Source: an uncultured Acidimicrobiia bacterium
GTDB taxonomy: Bacteria; Actinomycetota; Acidimicrobiia; Spongiisociales; Spongiisociaceae
Direction: 5' to 3'
NCBI GenBank assembly: GCA_958295745.1
Contig: OY282370.1
Coordinates: 1,770,548-1,834,547 of the forward strand
DNA: 64,000 nucleotides
The notes beneath the pieces are model-generated. The model had not been told where the DNA came from. It ran no database searches and saw only the letters and a list, made by a program, of their open reading frames with translations. The position numbers and the translations under genes were made by a program. Shown here piece after piece: positions 9,385-18,683 of this stretch (the first letter of the stretch is position 1; the number at the start of each line of letters is the position of its first letter).

Positions 9385-9749
9385 GACAGGAAGGAGGTTC
9401 GGCCACCTTGGAGTTCGTCCTCGTCATACCGCTCGTCTTCCTGCTCATCGCGGGCTTGGCGGAGGTGGCGGTCCTGGCGAGGACGTCTCTCCAGGTGGCT
9501 GCGGCGGCCCGGGAGGGCGCCCGGGCCGCCGCCACCACCCCCGACACGTCCAAGGCTGTCGAGGCCGCCCGGCGGGCCTTGGGTGAAGAGCTGGGAGGGC
9601 GGGCCAGGATCACGGTCCGGCGTCCACCGGTCGTGGGAAGGCCCGCACAGGTGACGGTGGCTGTTCACTACACCCTTCTGTCGGCGCTCGGCGGGCTGCG
9701 GGTTCCCCTGGAGTCCACCGCCGTCATGCGCGTCGAGGGAGTGAGGTAA
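9381..9749 (+). CDS. tadE: TadE-like pseudopilin (start uncertain, possibly CTG)
   Basis: EGGSATLEFVLVIP and AAREGARAAA motifs. Confidence 0.8.
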   Translation: MRQEGGSATLEFVLVIPLVFLLIAGLAEVAVLARTSLQVAAAAREGARAAATTPDTSKAVEAARRALGEELGGRARITVRRPPVVGRPAQVTVAVHYTLLSALGGLRVPLESTAVMRVEGVR

Positions 9750-9753
9750 CAGG

Positions 9754-10197
9754 ATGAGGTCGGAACGCGGTTCGGTGTCCCTGTTCGCGGCGGGTGTGTT
9801 GGTCATGATCGGCACGCTGATCGCGGGGCTGGCGGGCATCGGACAGGTTCTCCTGGCCAGAAGCCAAGCGGTGACCGCGGCGGAGGCGGGCGCCCTCGCC
9901 GCCGCCCCGGTCACCTTCCGCCCCTTCGGCGCCACCGGGTCGGCGGCTTCGGAGGCGGCCAGGCTGGTCCGGGCCAACGGCGCCCGTCTGGTGGCGTGCA
10001 CGTGCACCCACGACCCCGGATACGAGCCGAGGACGGTCACAGTCACCGTGCGGGTGCCCGTGGCCGTCCTCGGACTTCGGGAATTCACCCTGGAGGCCTC
10101 CGCCGCCGCCGAGTTCCGGCCCGTCGCCCTTCTCGACGTGCCGGAACCCATTCTGCGCAAGGTCTTCCACCCCGGAGTAGCCCCCCTGTACGACTGA
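9754..10197 (+). CDS. Rv3654c-family TadE/TadG-like pseudopilin
   Basis: ERGSVSL N-terminus; AAEAGALAAA; ANGARLVAC. Confidence 0.8.
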   Translation: MRSERGSVSLFAAGVLVMIGTLIAGLAGIGQVLLARSQAVTAAEAGALAAAPVTFRPFGATGSAASEAARLVRANGARLVACTCTHDPGYEPRTVTVTVRVPVAVLGLREFTLEASAAAEFRPVALLDVPEPILRKVFHPGVAPLYD

Positions 10198-10328
10198 CGC
10201 AAGTCTTTCCGCAACCCTCTCTCCTTACAAAGGAATGACAGGTCTTCCTGGCGACGCTGGCAAGGGGGAGGTGGAGCAACCTCCAGACGCGAGTGGGGGG
10301 GTAGAGGGCTTTTCGTTGCGCGCTGGGG

Positions 10329-11030
10329 TCAGGAGCGGTGGGCGCGGATGGTGCAGGAGTGCATGCCGGCGGTTTCTTGGTGGTGGGGGGTTATCTCGAT
10401 GTTGGTGAGGCCCGCCTCTTCCAAGCCCAGGCGGTATTCGTCGAACGTCAGGGCGCCGGCGATGCAGCCCACCCAGGATCCCCGCTCCAGACGCTCTGAC
10501 TCGCTCATGCCGTTCTCGGCCACCACGTCGTAGATGCCTGTCCGGCCGCCGGGTCGGAGCACCCTGGCTATCTCCCGCAACACCGCCTGCTTGTCCGCGG
10601 ACAGGTTGATCACACAGTTGGAGATCACCACGTCCACGCTCTCGTCGGGCAGCGGGATGTCCTCCATGTACCCGAACAGGAACTCCACGTTCTCCGCCCC
10701 GGCCTCGGCCGCGTTCGCCCGGGCCAGATCCAGCATCTCTTCGGTCATGTCCAGCCCGTATACGAAGCCGGACCGCCCCACCCGCCGAGCCGACAGCAGT
10801 ACGTCGATCCCTCCGCCGGAACCCAGGTCGAGCACCGTCTCGCCCTTCCTCAGGTCGGCCACCGCCATCGGATTGCCGCACCCGCGGGAAGCCCCAGCCG
10901 CCGACTGCGGCAACGCTCCCATCTCGTCGTCGGAGTAGTGGCGGCGGGCGAATTCGGGCTCCGCCCCCGCCGCGGACAGGGCAGTTTTGGCGTATGCCTC
11001 CCGCACCTTCTCACGCAGTGCGTCGCTCAT
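10329..11030 (-). CDS. arsM: Arsenite methyltransferase-like SAM methyltransferase
   Basis: GCGNP, VLDLGSGGGID, SNCVINL and WVGCIAGAL, with the family's conserved cysteines. Confidence 0.75.
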   Translation of the reverse strand: MSDALREKVREAYAKTALSAAGAEPEFARRHYSDDEMGALPQSAAGASRGCGNPMAVADLRKGETVLDLGSGGGIDVLLSARRVGRSGFVYGLDMTEEMLDLARANAAEAGAENVEFLFGYMEDIPLPDESVDVVISNCVINLSADKQAVLREIARVLRPGGRTGIYDVVAENGMSESERLERGSWVGCIAGALTFDEYRLGLEEAGLTNIEITPHHQETAGMHSCTIRAHRS

Positions 11031-11211
11031 CACCCGTCTCCTGTGAACGAAGGGAGATCGGCCTGCCCGCCGACAGGGCCGAACGGCCATTCGTAGATCG
11101 TCGAGCCTTCACAGAAGCATACCTCGGCCCTCGGACAGCTCGTCTTGGCGTCATATGCGATTGTCTCGGACGCTGCTTCGCAACCGGACCTGTATCTCGC
11201 CGGGGCGGCGC

Positions 11212-11787
11212 TCAGGGTTGCGGGGAGGGGCGGGGCAACCTGTAGATGTGGGTGGGTTCCTCGGTTCCGTAGTCGGAGGGGGCCTTGCCTGACCAGATGC
11301 GGACGAAGCCGGCTTTTTCGAGGGCGCGCCAGGAGGCGGGGTTGTCGGCCAGCACCGCCGCGATCACCGAGGGGGCTTCCTGGAGGCGTTCCCACAGCCC
11401 GGCCGTGAACTGTCGGATCATCTCCGTTCCCACGCCTAGGCCCACCCGGTCCGGTTCGCCGATCAGGTAGTCGATGCCCGCCGCCGCCGGGGGCGGATCC
11501 ACCATCGACAATTCCCGCATGTACCGGCGCTCGTCGCCGAGTAGATAGCTCTGGATCAGCCCGATCGGCTTGTCCTCCTCGCAGACCAGGAAGACCTCCA
11601 TCGGGTCGCATCCGTCGACGCTCGCCCCGAACTCGGCCTCCACCCCTGCCGAGGAAGCCTCCACGGTTCCCCACTCGGTGGCGGCTACATGCGGCATTTC
11701 CAACCATCGGGCCACCAGTGGGAAATCGCTCCGCTCCAGATCCCGAAACTCCAGCGTGCACCGGTTGTTCTCCATGACCGTATCCAT
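11212..11787 (-). CDS. GNAT acetyltransferase, AAC(6')-like
   Basis: WLEMPHVA, PIGLIQSY, GIDYLIGE...GLGVG, NPASWRALEKAGF. Confidence 0.8.
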   Translation of the reverse strand: MDTVMENNRCTLEFRDLERSDFPLVARWLEMPHVAATEWGTVEASSAGVEAEFGASVDGCDPMEVFLVCEEDKPIGLIQSYLLGDERRYMRELSMVDPPPAAAGIDYLIGEPDRVGLGVGTEMIRQFTAGLWERLQEAPSVIAAVLADNPASWRALEKAGFVRIWSGKAPSDYGTEEPTHIYRLPRPSPQP

Positions 11788-11851
11788 GATATGACCGACC
11801 GTTTGCGCGGTTGTTCCTGTTACCGGCTCCTCCGGTTATGATACGGTGGAT

Positions 11852-11959
11852 ATGACCACCCGATACTCGATGCGTCCTCTCACCGAGGCCCCGACCCGGC
11901 GGAATGAGCGAATGCGTTGTACCTGCTCTCGGGTGGTTTGTTCGGCGCCTGCCAGGTAA
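11852..11959 (+). CDS. Putative Cys-containing leader peptide (MTTRYSMRPLTEAPTRRNERMRCTCSRVVCSAPAR)
   Basis: 35-codon ORF shortly after TATGAT (11837-11842). Three Cys codons lie at or beside the 5' arm of a hairpin upstream of the OsmC-like gene. Confidence 0.4.
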   Translation: MTTRYSMRPLTEAPTRRNERMRCTCSRVVCSAPAR

Positions 11960-12051
11960 CGCCCCCGCCCGAGAGACCTCTCCGGCGTTGCCGTCCCCGC
12001 ATCTTGCCCGCCGATTGCGCGCGGGCTCTCTCGAAACCGAAAGGAAAGACC

Positions 12052-12573
12052 ATGACTATTGAAGTCGACACCCGGCTGAACGAAGTGGACCTCGAATCCG
12101 TGGGGTCGCTGATCGCCGCCGTAGCCGATGATCCGAAGAAGGGGCAGACGGAGTGGAAGGCGACCGTGACCTGGAAGGGCGCTTTCCGGTCGGAGGCCGC
12201 CATCCGCGGCTTCGACCCCGTTCCCTCCGACGAGCCGGCGGCCTTGGGCGGCACCGACACCGCCCCCAACCCGGTGGAGCAGGTGCTCGGGGCCTTGGGC
12301 AACTGCTTGGCGGTCGGATACGCGGCCAACGCCTCGGCGGCGGGCATCAAGATCAACGACCTGCGGATCGACCTGAGCGGAGACGTAGACCTGCAGGCCT
12401 TCCTGGGTCTCAAAGAGGGGCATGCAGGATACGGGGGCTTGGCGGTCGAGGTCCATCTCGATGCCGACGCCACCGAGGAGCAGCTCGACGAGATCCACAA
12501 CAAGGTGGTCAACAGTTCCCCGGTAGGCCACACCCTGAGCAGCGCCGTTCCCCTGGCGATCTCCCTGGCGTAA
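12052..12573 (+). CDS. OsmC-family protein
   Basis: SDEPAALGGTDTAPNPVEQVLGALGNCL and SSPV motifs; RBS AAAGGAAAG. Confidence 0.85.
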   Translation: MTIEVDTRLNEVDLESVGSLIAAVADDPKKGQTEWKATVTWKGAFRSEAAIRGFDPVPSDEPAALGGTDTAPNPVEQVLGALGNCLAVGYAANASAAGIKINDLRIDLSGDVDLQAFLGLKEGHAGYGGLAVEVHLDADATEEQLDEIHNKVVNSSPVGHTLSSAVPLAISLA

Positions 12574-12715
12574 CCCCGTTCGGGCCGGGGAGGGCCGCCT
12601 CCTACCCTCCCCAGCCCAACCCCCTTCTTCGGGGTTGCCGCCGCACGCCCTGCCTCGTTGAAACCCAGTACATCCCAACCGCTTGCGGTTGGCTCTCACG
12701 GTTCCTACAATCTAA

Positions 12716-12736
12716 TATTGATTCTGATTCTCATTC
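12716..12736 (+). promoter_or_regulatory. Zur/Fur-type box
   Basis: TATTGATTCTGATTCTCATTC resembles actinobacterial Zur boxes and lies about 50 bp upstream of a ZnuA-like gene. Confidence 0.65.
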
Positions 12737-12784
12737 CTGGAAAAGGAGACGGCACCCGGATTTTCGGGGAAGATTGGAGGGAAA

Positions 12785-14008
12785 ATGTTTGCTGGACATC
12801 GAATATTCGGCTGGCGGGCGGGCCGCAGGGTCCACAGGTTGCCCGGCCTGTGCTTGGCGGCGGCGCTGGTATTCCCGCTGGCTGCGTGCGGTTCAGGCGA
12901 GGACGACCCGGCGGCGGCATGCGATGCCGGAGCGTCCGATTCCGGAGAGGAACCGCTGTCGATAGCGACGACCACCACCATCCTGGGTGACATAGTGACG
13001 AACATCGCGGGCGGGGACGCCCGAGTGACGGTGCTGCTTCCCGTGGGCGCCGACCCTCATGACTACCAGGCGTCGGCGACCCAGGTGGCTCTTCTCCACG
13101 ACGCCGATCTGGTGGTGGTCAACGGCCTCATGCTGGAGGAAGGCCTGATAGACGTGCTGGCGGCCGCTGAGGCAGACGGCGCCTGCCTGTTCGAAGTGGG
13201 CGAATTACTGGACACGCTGCCCTTCGCCGGCACCCCGCACGCCGGCGAAGAGGATCACGATGAGGGGGAAGATGGGGATGACCACGAAGGCGAAGAGGAT
13301 CATGACGAGGGGGAAGAGGATCATGACGAGGGGGAAGAGGATCATGACGAGGGGGAAGAGGATCATGACGAGGGGGAAGAGGATCATGACGAGGGGGAAG
13401 AGGATCATGACGAGGGGGAAGAGGATCATGACGAGGGGGAAGATGGGCATGACGAGGGGGAAGATGGGCATGACCACGAAGGCGAAGATCCTCACTTCTG
13501 GATGGATCCCCTTCGGGCCGGACAGGCCGCCCTCCTGATCGCCGAAGAGCTGGCCGGCATCGCCCCTTCCTTCCGGTGGATGGAACGCGCCGAGGCCTAC
13601 GCCGCTTCCTTGGAGGAGCTGGACGCAGAGATACGGGCCTTGCTGTCCCCGATCCCCGAGGAAAACCGCAAGCTGGTCACCAATCACGATTCGCTCGGCT
13701 ACTTCGCCCACCGTTACGGCTTCGACGTCATCGCCACCGTGATTCCGGGCGGCGCCACCCTGGCGGAGCCGAGCTCGGTCGATCTGGCCGCCCTGGTACA
13801 CACGATCGAGGAGGAAGAGGTGCGGGCGATCTTCGCCGAGACGATCGAGCCCGCGGCGCTGGCCGAAGCAGTGGCCGCCGAGGCAGATTCACCGCTGCGG
13901 GTGGTCGTGCTGTACACGGGATCCCTGGGCGGGCCCGGATCAGGCGCCGATACGCTGATCGGGATGCTGCGTACGAACGCCGTCCGGATCGCGGAGGCCC
14001 TCGGCTAA
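12785..14008 (+). CDS. znuA: Zn/Mn ABC transporter substrate-binding lipoprotein with His/acidic loop
   Basis: LAAC lipobox; GADPHDY, DPHFWMDP, LVTNHDSLGYF. Confidence 0.85.
   Translation: MFAGHRIFGWRAGRRVHRLPGLCLAAALVFPLAACGSGEDDPAAACDAGASDSGEEPLSIATTTTILGDIVTNIAGGDARVTVLLPVGADPHDYQASATQVALLHDADLVVVNGLMLEEGLIDVLAAAEADGACLFEVGELLDTLPFAGTPHAGEEDHDEGEDGDDHEGEEDHDEGEEDHDEGEEDHDEGEEDHDEGEEDHDEGEEDHDEGEEDHDEGEDGHDEGEDGHDHEGEDPHFWMDPLRAGQAALLIAEELAGIAPSFRWMERAEAYAASLEELDAEIRALLSPIPEENRKLVTNHDSLGYFAHRYGFDVIATVIPGGATLAEPSSVDLAALVHTIEEEEVRAIFAETIEPAALAEAVAAEADSPLRVVVLYTGSLGGPGSGADTLIGMLRTNAVRIAEALG
13244..13488 (+). repeat. In-frame 21-bp tandem repeat encoding (GEEDHDE)n
   Basis: Seven consecutive GEEDHDE units plus about four variant units. 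Confidence 0.95.
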
Positions 14009-14039
14009 AAGACATCGAAACGGTATGGGACGCCGGTCA

Positions 14040-14156
14040 GTTGAATGCGATTGCCCAGGCCGGCGTCCGCCCTCATGAGCCGTCGATCATTGCGTCCGGG
14101 CGCGGCAACCCCGGGTGCGCAGGTGATCGATCCAGACCGAAGTGCGATCAGGATCG
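14040..14156 (-). pseudogene. vapC: vapC (PIN toxin) remnant
   Basis: Minus strand reads atc ctg atc g-c act tcg gtc tgg atc gat cac ctg cgc (ILI[D]TSVWIDHLR with a 1-bp loss), followed soon by DRRLMRADAGLG. Start codon and middle of the gene are missing. Confidence 0.65.
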
Positions 14157-14351
14157 ATCAGGTTCGGTCTTCCTGCGGGGAACGGGTTGCAGCCGGGGTT
14201 GGCCGCCGCCGAGCTTCGCCGGCCTGCGGGCGCTCTCCCGTTCGACCAAGGCGCGCAGGCCTTCCGTCACGAGAGAGGACCGTGATTCGATGCAGGTGAG
14301 CTGCCCGGCCCATTCCAACAGCCGGTCGTCTATGTCTACCGTGGTTCGCAC
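14148..14351 (-). CDS. vapB: VapB-family antitoxin
   Basis: MRTTVDIDDRLL...LVTEGLRALVERESARR..KLGG. Confidence 0.8.
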   Translation of the reverse strand: MRTTVDIDDRLLEWAGQLTCIESRSSLVTEGLRALVERESARRPAKLGGGQPRLQPVPRRKTEPDRS

Positions 14352-14552
14352 AGTATCTGTTATGGCATCGATCTGTGACAGATATGATTCCGGATTCCGG
14401 ATGCCGACGCTCCAAACATACCGGGGGCTGCCGCGGCCTGAGGAGACGGGGATGCCGCGAGGCGAGGACCAAAGCGTGAGGGATCCAGGGGCCGCCAGGC
14501 CGGCGGGAAGGCTCGGCCCGCCGCCCGAAGACGACCATCATGCGTGCTGCCT

Positions 14553-15380
14553 ATGGAATGGTTGATCGAACCCTTCGAGCTGGCCTTCCAGCAACGGGCC
14601 ATGCTGGGCGGCGGACTGGCAGCGGTGTGTTGCTCGGTGGTGGGCGCCTGGGTGGTGATCCGGGGCATGAGCTTTCTGGGCGACGCCCTGGTACACGGCG
14701 TCATACCCGGCATCGCGCTCGCCGTCCTCCTCGACTTCAACGTGTTCGCAGGCGCCGCCCTGGCGGCGGCGGTGATGATCGGCGGGATCAACCTGGTGCA
14801 TCGACAGACGGTTTTCTCGGAGGACACCGGTATCGGGCTGCTGTTCGTAGGGATGCTGGGGCTGGGCGTCATCTTCATCTCCCGCACCCCTTCGTACGGC
14901 GGCAGCCTGGCCGCCATCCTGTTCGGGGACACCTTGGGCGTGACGTACTCGGACATCGCCGTGCTCGCCGCCGTGACCGCGGTGGTGACGCTCGCCTCGA
15001 TCCTGTTCTACCGGGCTTTCCTGGCCCTGTCCTTCAACGACCAGAAGGCCCGCCTCTTGGGCTTCCGCCCCGGTTTCACCAACGCCGTCCTGCTGGTACT
15101 CATAACCCTGGCGATCGTGGGTTCGTTCCGCACGGTGGGCACCCTGCTGGTGTTGGGGCTGCTGGTGGGGCCGCCCGCCACGGCCGCGCTGCTGGTGCGC
15201 AGGGTTCCGGCCATCATGGCGGTGGGCGCCCTGATCGGCGTCCTCAGCGTGGCGGTCGGACTGATCATCAGTTTCCACGCCAACACCTCGGGTTCCGCCA
15301 CGATGGCGGTGGTCCCCATCGTGCTGTTCTTCATCGTGTTGGGGGCGAACAGCCTCCGGTCGGGCGCCGAGCGGGTCTGA
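14553..15380 (+). CDS. Metal ABC transporter permease (ZnuB/AztB-like)
   Basis: RGMSFLGDALVHGVIPG, EDTGIG, ILFGD. Confidence 0.9.
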   Translation: MEWLIEPFELAFQQRAMLGGGLAAVCCSVVGAWVVIRGMSFLGDALVHGVIPGIALAVLLDFNVFAGAALAAAVMIGGINLVHRQTVFSEDTGIGLLFVGMLGLGVIFISRTPSYGGSLAAILFGDTLGVTYSDIAVLAAVTAVVTLASILFYRAFLALSFNDQKARLLGFRPGFTNAVLLVLITLAIVGSFRTVGTLLVLGLLVGPPATAALLVRRVPAIMAVGALIGVLSVAVGLIISFHANTSGSATMAVVPIVLFFIVLGANSLRSGAERV

Positions 15381-15413
15381 GGCCCGCCGCCGGGAAACGC
15401 GGCCGGCGGGCCG

Positions 15414-17687
15414 TCACCAGGTCTTCGCCGCTGTCTCCAGGAGCCGGAGGGCCCCGTGTTTGGAGAGGGGTTCGTTGAAGTTGCCGCATTTGGGGGATTG
15501 GACGCAGGAAGGGCATCCGGCTGCGCAGGGGCAGCGGCGCAGGGTCTCGATGGTGGCCGCCGTCAGGTCCTTGCCCACCCGGTAGGCGGCGGGGGCGATG
15601 CCCGCCCCGCCCTGGTAGCCGTCGTGGATGAAGAAGACCGCCCCGCCGGTGTCGTGATGGTATGCGGTGGACAGGCCCCCGATGTCGGAGCGGTCGCAGA
15701 TGGCGAACAGCGGCATCATGGCGATCATGGTGTGTTCGGCGGCGTGGAGGGCGCCCGGGGCGTTGCGGCGGTCGAGGCCCGCCTGCGCCAACATCTCGTC
15801 GGGCAACGTGAACCAGAAGGCCTGGGTTTCGATCTCCACCGGCGGCAGATCGAGCCGGTTGACCCGCCTGTTCCCCTGGGCGCCCCTCCGGTACTTCCGG
15901 CGGAACCCCACCACCTGCGAAGACACCTTCACCCATCCCAGGCAGTGGCCCGCCGGACCCAGCCGCCCATCCTGCTCCACATCGAGCACGCTCAGGTCCT
16001 TGTCGATGCTGGGCTCGGTGTAGTAGCTCACCTCGGTGCGCCGCGCCAGTATCTCGGCCCGGCGCAGGTCGATCCGGTGGATCAGATAGGTCCGGCCCAT
16101 ATGCAGGTACACGGCGCCTTCGTGGGCGTCGGAGAAGGCCCTCTCCCATTCGAGCTCGCCCATCCGCCGGCGTGTGTCGAGGTCGTACAGGACGAAGGAG
16201 CGGTTGCTGGACGACCTGAGGCTGATCCTGCGGGCGGGTGACCGGTGCCCGGTCCAGTGCAGCCGGCTGCCCTCCTGCCGCAGGTCCCCTCCGCCCACCA
16301 GCCGGGGGGCCGCTTCCTCCAGACCCTCCCCGAAGTACTTGCGGTCGGAGTGGGTGAGCGGTAGCTCGTGGGCGGCGCAGGACAGGTGCCCGTCGAGCAC
16401 TGACGGGTTGTCGGGATTGACGACCGCGGCTTCCGGAGGACGGTCGAAGAGCTCGTCGGGATGATGCATGAAGTATTGGTCGAGGGCGTCCTCGCCGGCC
16501 ACCAGGACCACCAGCGACATGTCCCTCGACCGCCCCGCCCGTCCGGCCTGTTGCCGGTAGGACGACACGGTTCCCGGGAAGGTGCACAGCAGGGCGGCGT
16601 CCAGGCCCCCCACATCGATGCCCAGCTCGAGGGCGTTGGTGGCGGTGATCCCCAGCAGCTCGCCCGAGAAGAGGCGCTGTTCGGTGCGGCGCCGGTCATT
16701 GGCCGTGTACCCGGCCCGGTAGGGGGCGATCCGGTCGGCCAGCGGGCCCAGTCGGCGGGTCGAATAGATGTGAAGGAGCTCGGCGGTCTTGCGGCTCCGC
16801 CCGAACACGATGGTGTGGGTGCCGCGGCGCACCAGGTCTACGTACAGGTCGGTGGTATCGAACAGCGGCGACCGGCGGCTGCCCTGTTCCGCATCTTCGA
16901 GAGGGGGGTTCCAGAGCGCCGTCACCCTCTCCCCGGTCGGGGCGCCGTTCCCTTCCACCAGGGACACTTCCAGGCCGGTGAGCCGGTCGGCCAGCTCGGC
17001 GGGGTTGCCGATGGTGGCTGAGGTGAGCACGAAGGTAGGCCGGGCGCCGTAATGGGCGGCGAGCCGGCGAAGCCGGCGGACTATCTGCGCGGTGTGGCTG
17101 CCGAACATTCCCCGCAGGTAGTGGATCTCGTCGATGACCACGTAGTCGAGCCGGGACAGGAAGGAACCCCACAGCCCGTGGTGGGGAAGGATCCCGTAGT
17201 GGAGCATGTCGGGATTGGTGAGGATGACGTTGGCCTTCTTCCGGATCCGGGGGCGCTGCTCGGACGGGAGGTCGCCGTCGTAGGTGGAGGCCGCCAACCC
17301 GGGGACGTCCAACCGGTGGAGAGAGCGAAGCTGGTCTTGGGCCAGGGCCTTGGTCGGGAACATCAGCAGGGCGGTGCGGGCCGGATCTTCGAGGATGCGT
17401 TCGGCGATGGGGATCTGGTAGCAGAGGGTCTTGCCGGAGGCGGTGCCCGACACGAGCACCACATTCTCCCCGTTCCGGATCAGGCGGACGGCCCGGGCCT
17501 GGTGGCTGTAGAGCTGGGTGACCCCCTTGCCGGCCAGGCGTTCGGTCAGCGGACCGCTCAGGGGCGGGTCGAGGTCCTCGCAGCGGGCCTCCCGGGCCGG
17601 AAGAACCCTGACATGCACCAGGTCGCCCTCGAAGGAAGGCGCGCTCCGCCAATTCTCCACTAGGCGGCGGAAGTCCGTGGACGCCAA
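15414..17687 (-). CDS. DEAD/DEAH helicase with DUF1998 (MrfA/YprA/SftH-like)
   Basis: SGTASGKT, DEIH, TNALELGID, QQAGRAGR, C-terminal CPCAAGCPSC. TTG start after AAGGAG. Confidence 0.9.
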   Translation of the reverse strand: MASTDFRRLVENWRSAPSFEGDLVHVRVLPAREARCEDLDPPLSGPLTERLAGKGVTQLYSHQARAVRLIRNGENVVLVSGTASGKTLCYQIPIAERILEDPARTALLMFPTKALAQDQLRSLHRLDVPGLAASTYDGDLPSEQRPRIRKKANVILTNPDMLHYGILPHHGLWGSFLSRLDYVVIDEIHYLRGMFGSHTAQIVRRLRRLAAHYGARPTFVLTSATIGNPAELADRLTGLEVSLVEGNGAPTGERVTALWNPPLEDAEQGSRRSPLFDTTDLYVDLVRRGTHTIVFGRSRKTAELLHIYSTRRLGPLADRIAPYRAGYTANDRRRTEQRLFSGELLGITATNALELGIDVGGLDAALLCTFPGTVSSYRQQAGRAGRSRDMSLVVLVAGEDALDQYFMHHPDELFDRPPEAAVVNPDNPSVLDGHLSCAAHELPLTHSDRKYFGEGLEEAAPRLVGGGDLRQEGSRLHWTGHRSPARRISLRSSSNRSFVLYDLDTRRRMGELEWERAFSDAHEGAVYLHMGRTYLIHRIDLRRAEILARRTEVSYYTEPSIDKDLSVLDVEQDGRLGPAGHCLGWVKVSSQVVGFRRKYRRGAQGNRRVNRLDLPPVEIETQAFWFTLPDEMLAQAGLDRRNAPGALHAAEHTMIAMMPLFAICDRSDIGGLSTAYHHDTGGAVFFIHDGYQGGAGIAPAAYRVGKDLTAATIETLRRCPCAAGCPSCVQSPKCGNFNEPLSKHGALRLLETAAKTW

Positions 17688-17827
17688 AACGTTCTCCTTA
17701 CCCTTTGTTGTCGCGGTCCCTTTGCCGCGGCGCCTCTGCCGCGCCGGCCGGTTCGTCCGCCGCGGCGGACGCAGCCCCGCTCCGGCCCGCGGTTCTGCGG
17801 CTCTGTTGCGCGTCCCCGGCCGGGTGG

Positions 17828-18499
17828 TCAGGAGTAGGCGGGAAGCCGGCGGGGAAGTATCCGGTGGAGGTCCTCTTCGTCGAACTCTATGACCTCGTCG
17901 GCGAGCTCGGTCAGCTCGCGGGCCACGCTCCACCGGTCGGGGGTGGCGACTATCAGCTGAGTGCCGAGATCCTGGGCGGTCCGTATCGGCTCCGCCAGGT
18001 CCCGGTCTCCCGAGATCAGCACCGCCGTGTCGTATACGCCCCGCCCCGCCAGCCGGACCAGGTCCAGCGCCACCAGGGTGTCTACGCCCTTTTGCTTGCG
18101 TTCCGGGCGGAAGGCCCAATGCCGGTCGAACTCGTTCATCATCTGGGCGGGGTCCATCCCCAGCCCTTCGGCGGTGTACCTGAGGGCGTCGCGGATCCCC
18201 TGCTCGAACCACGGCCTGTTTTCGACGATATGCCCCAGCCGCAGCTGGATACCCGGGATCTGCGCGATGGCGGTGAAGAACCGGCGCTGCCCTTCGGAGT
18301 GGTTGTGGTCGTAGTCGAATTTGGCGTCGTACCAGTAGGCCCGCAGGAACCGCCCGTCCCCGGAACGGGCCAGCCTCTTGAACCAGTTTACGACCGCCTC
18401 GGCGTCCAGGCGGAAATTGCGGGGGCTTTCGCCGAGGGCCCGGGCGCCTTCCGCCCGCAGGAATCCGGCGTCTATGAATCCGGCGTGTGTGGCAGACAT
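17828..18499 (-). CDS. NYN-domain (PIN-like) protein
   Basis: FIDAGFL, RAYWYDA, QKGVDTLVALD, SGDRDL, LTELAD. Confidence 0.85.
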   Translation of the reverse strand: MSATHAGFIDAGFLRAEGARALGESPRNFRLDAEAVVNWFKRLARSGDGRFLRAYWYDAKFDYDHNHSEGQRRFFTAIAQIPGIQLRLGHIVENRPWFEQGIRDALRYTAEGLGMDPAQMMNEFDRHWAFRPERKQKGVDTLVALDLVRLAGRGVYDTAVLISGDRDLAEPIRTAQDLGTQLIVATPDRWSVARELTELADEVIEFDEEDLHRILPRRLPAYS

Positions 18500-18683
18500 C
18501 TTCTCAGCACCTCCAAGAACGGCTTATAGATAATGGCCTCGACCCTGATCGGGTTACAGCTCGTGTCGGCGGCAAGCCTAGACGGTCTCCGCATCGGCGG
18601 TTCCGCAGACCATCGGATATGTTTCGCGCTCCAGGATTTTCCGGCGCTCCCGGCCTTCGCCCCGGCGTTATAACCTGACCCGG

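Noticed and set aside
13244..13488. Short repeats as a CRISPR array (also 48246-48323)
   Set aside because: The units are head-to-tail with no unique spacers, lie inside coding frames, and no cas genes are present.
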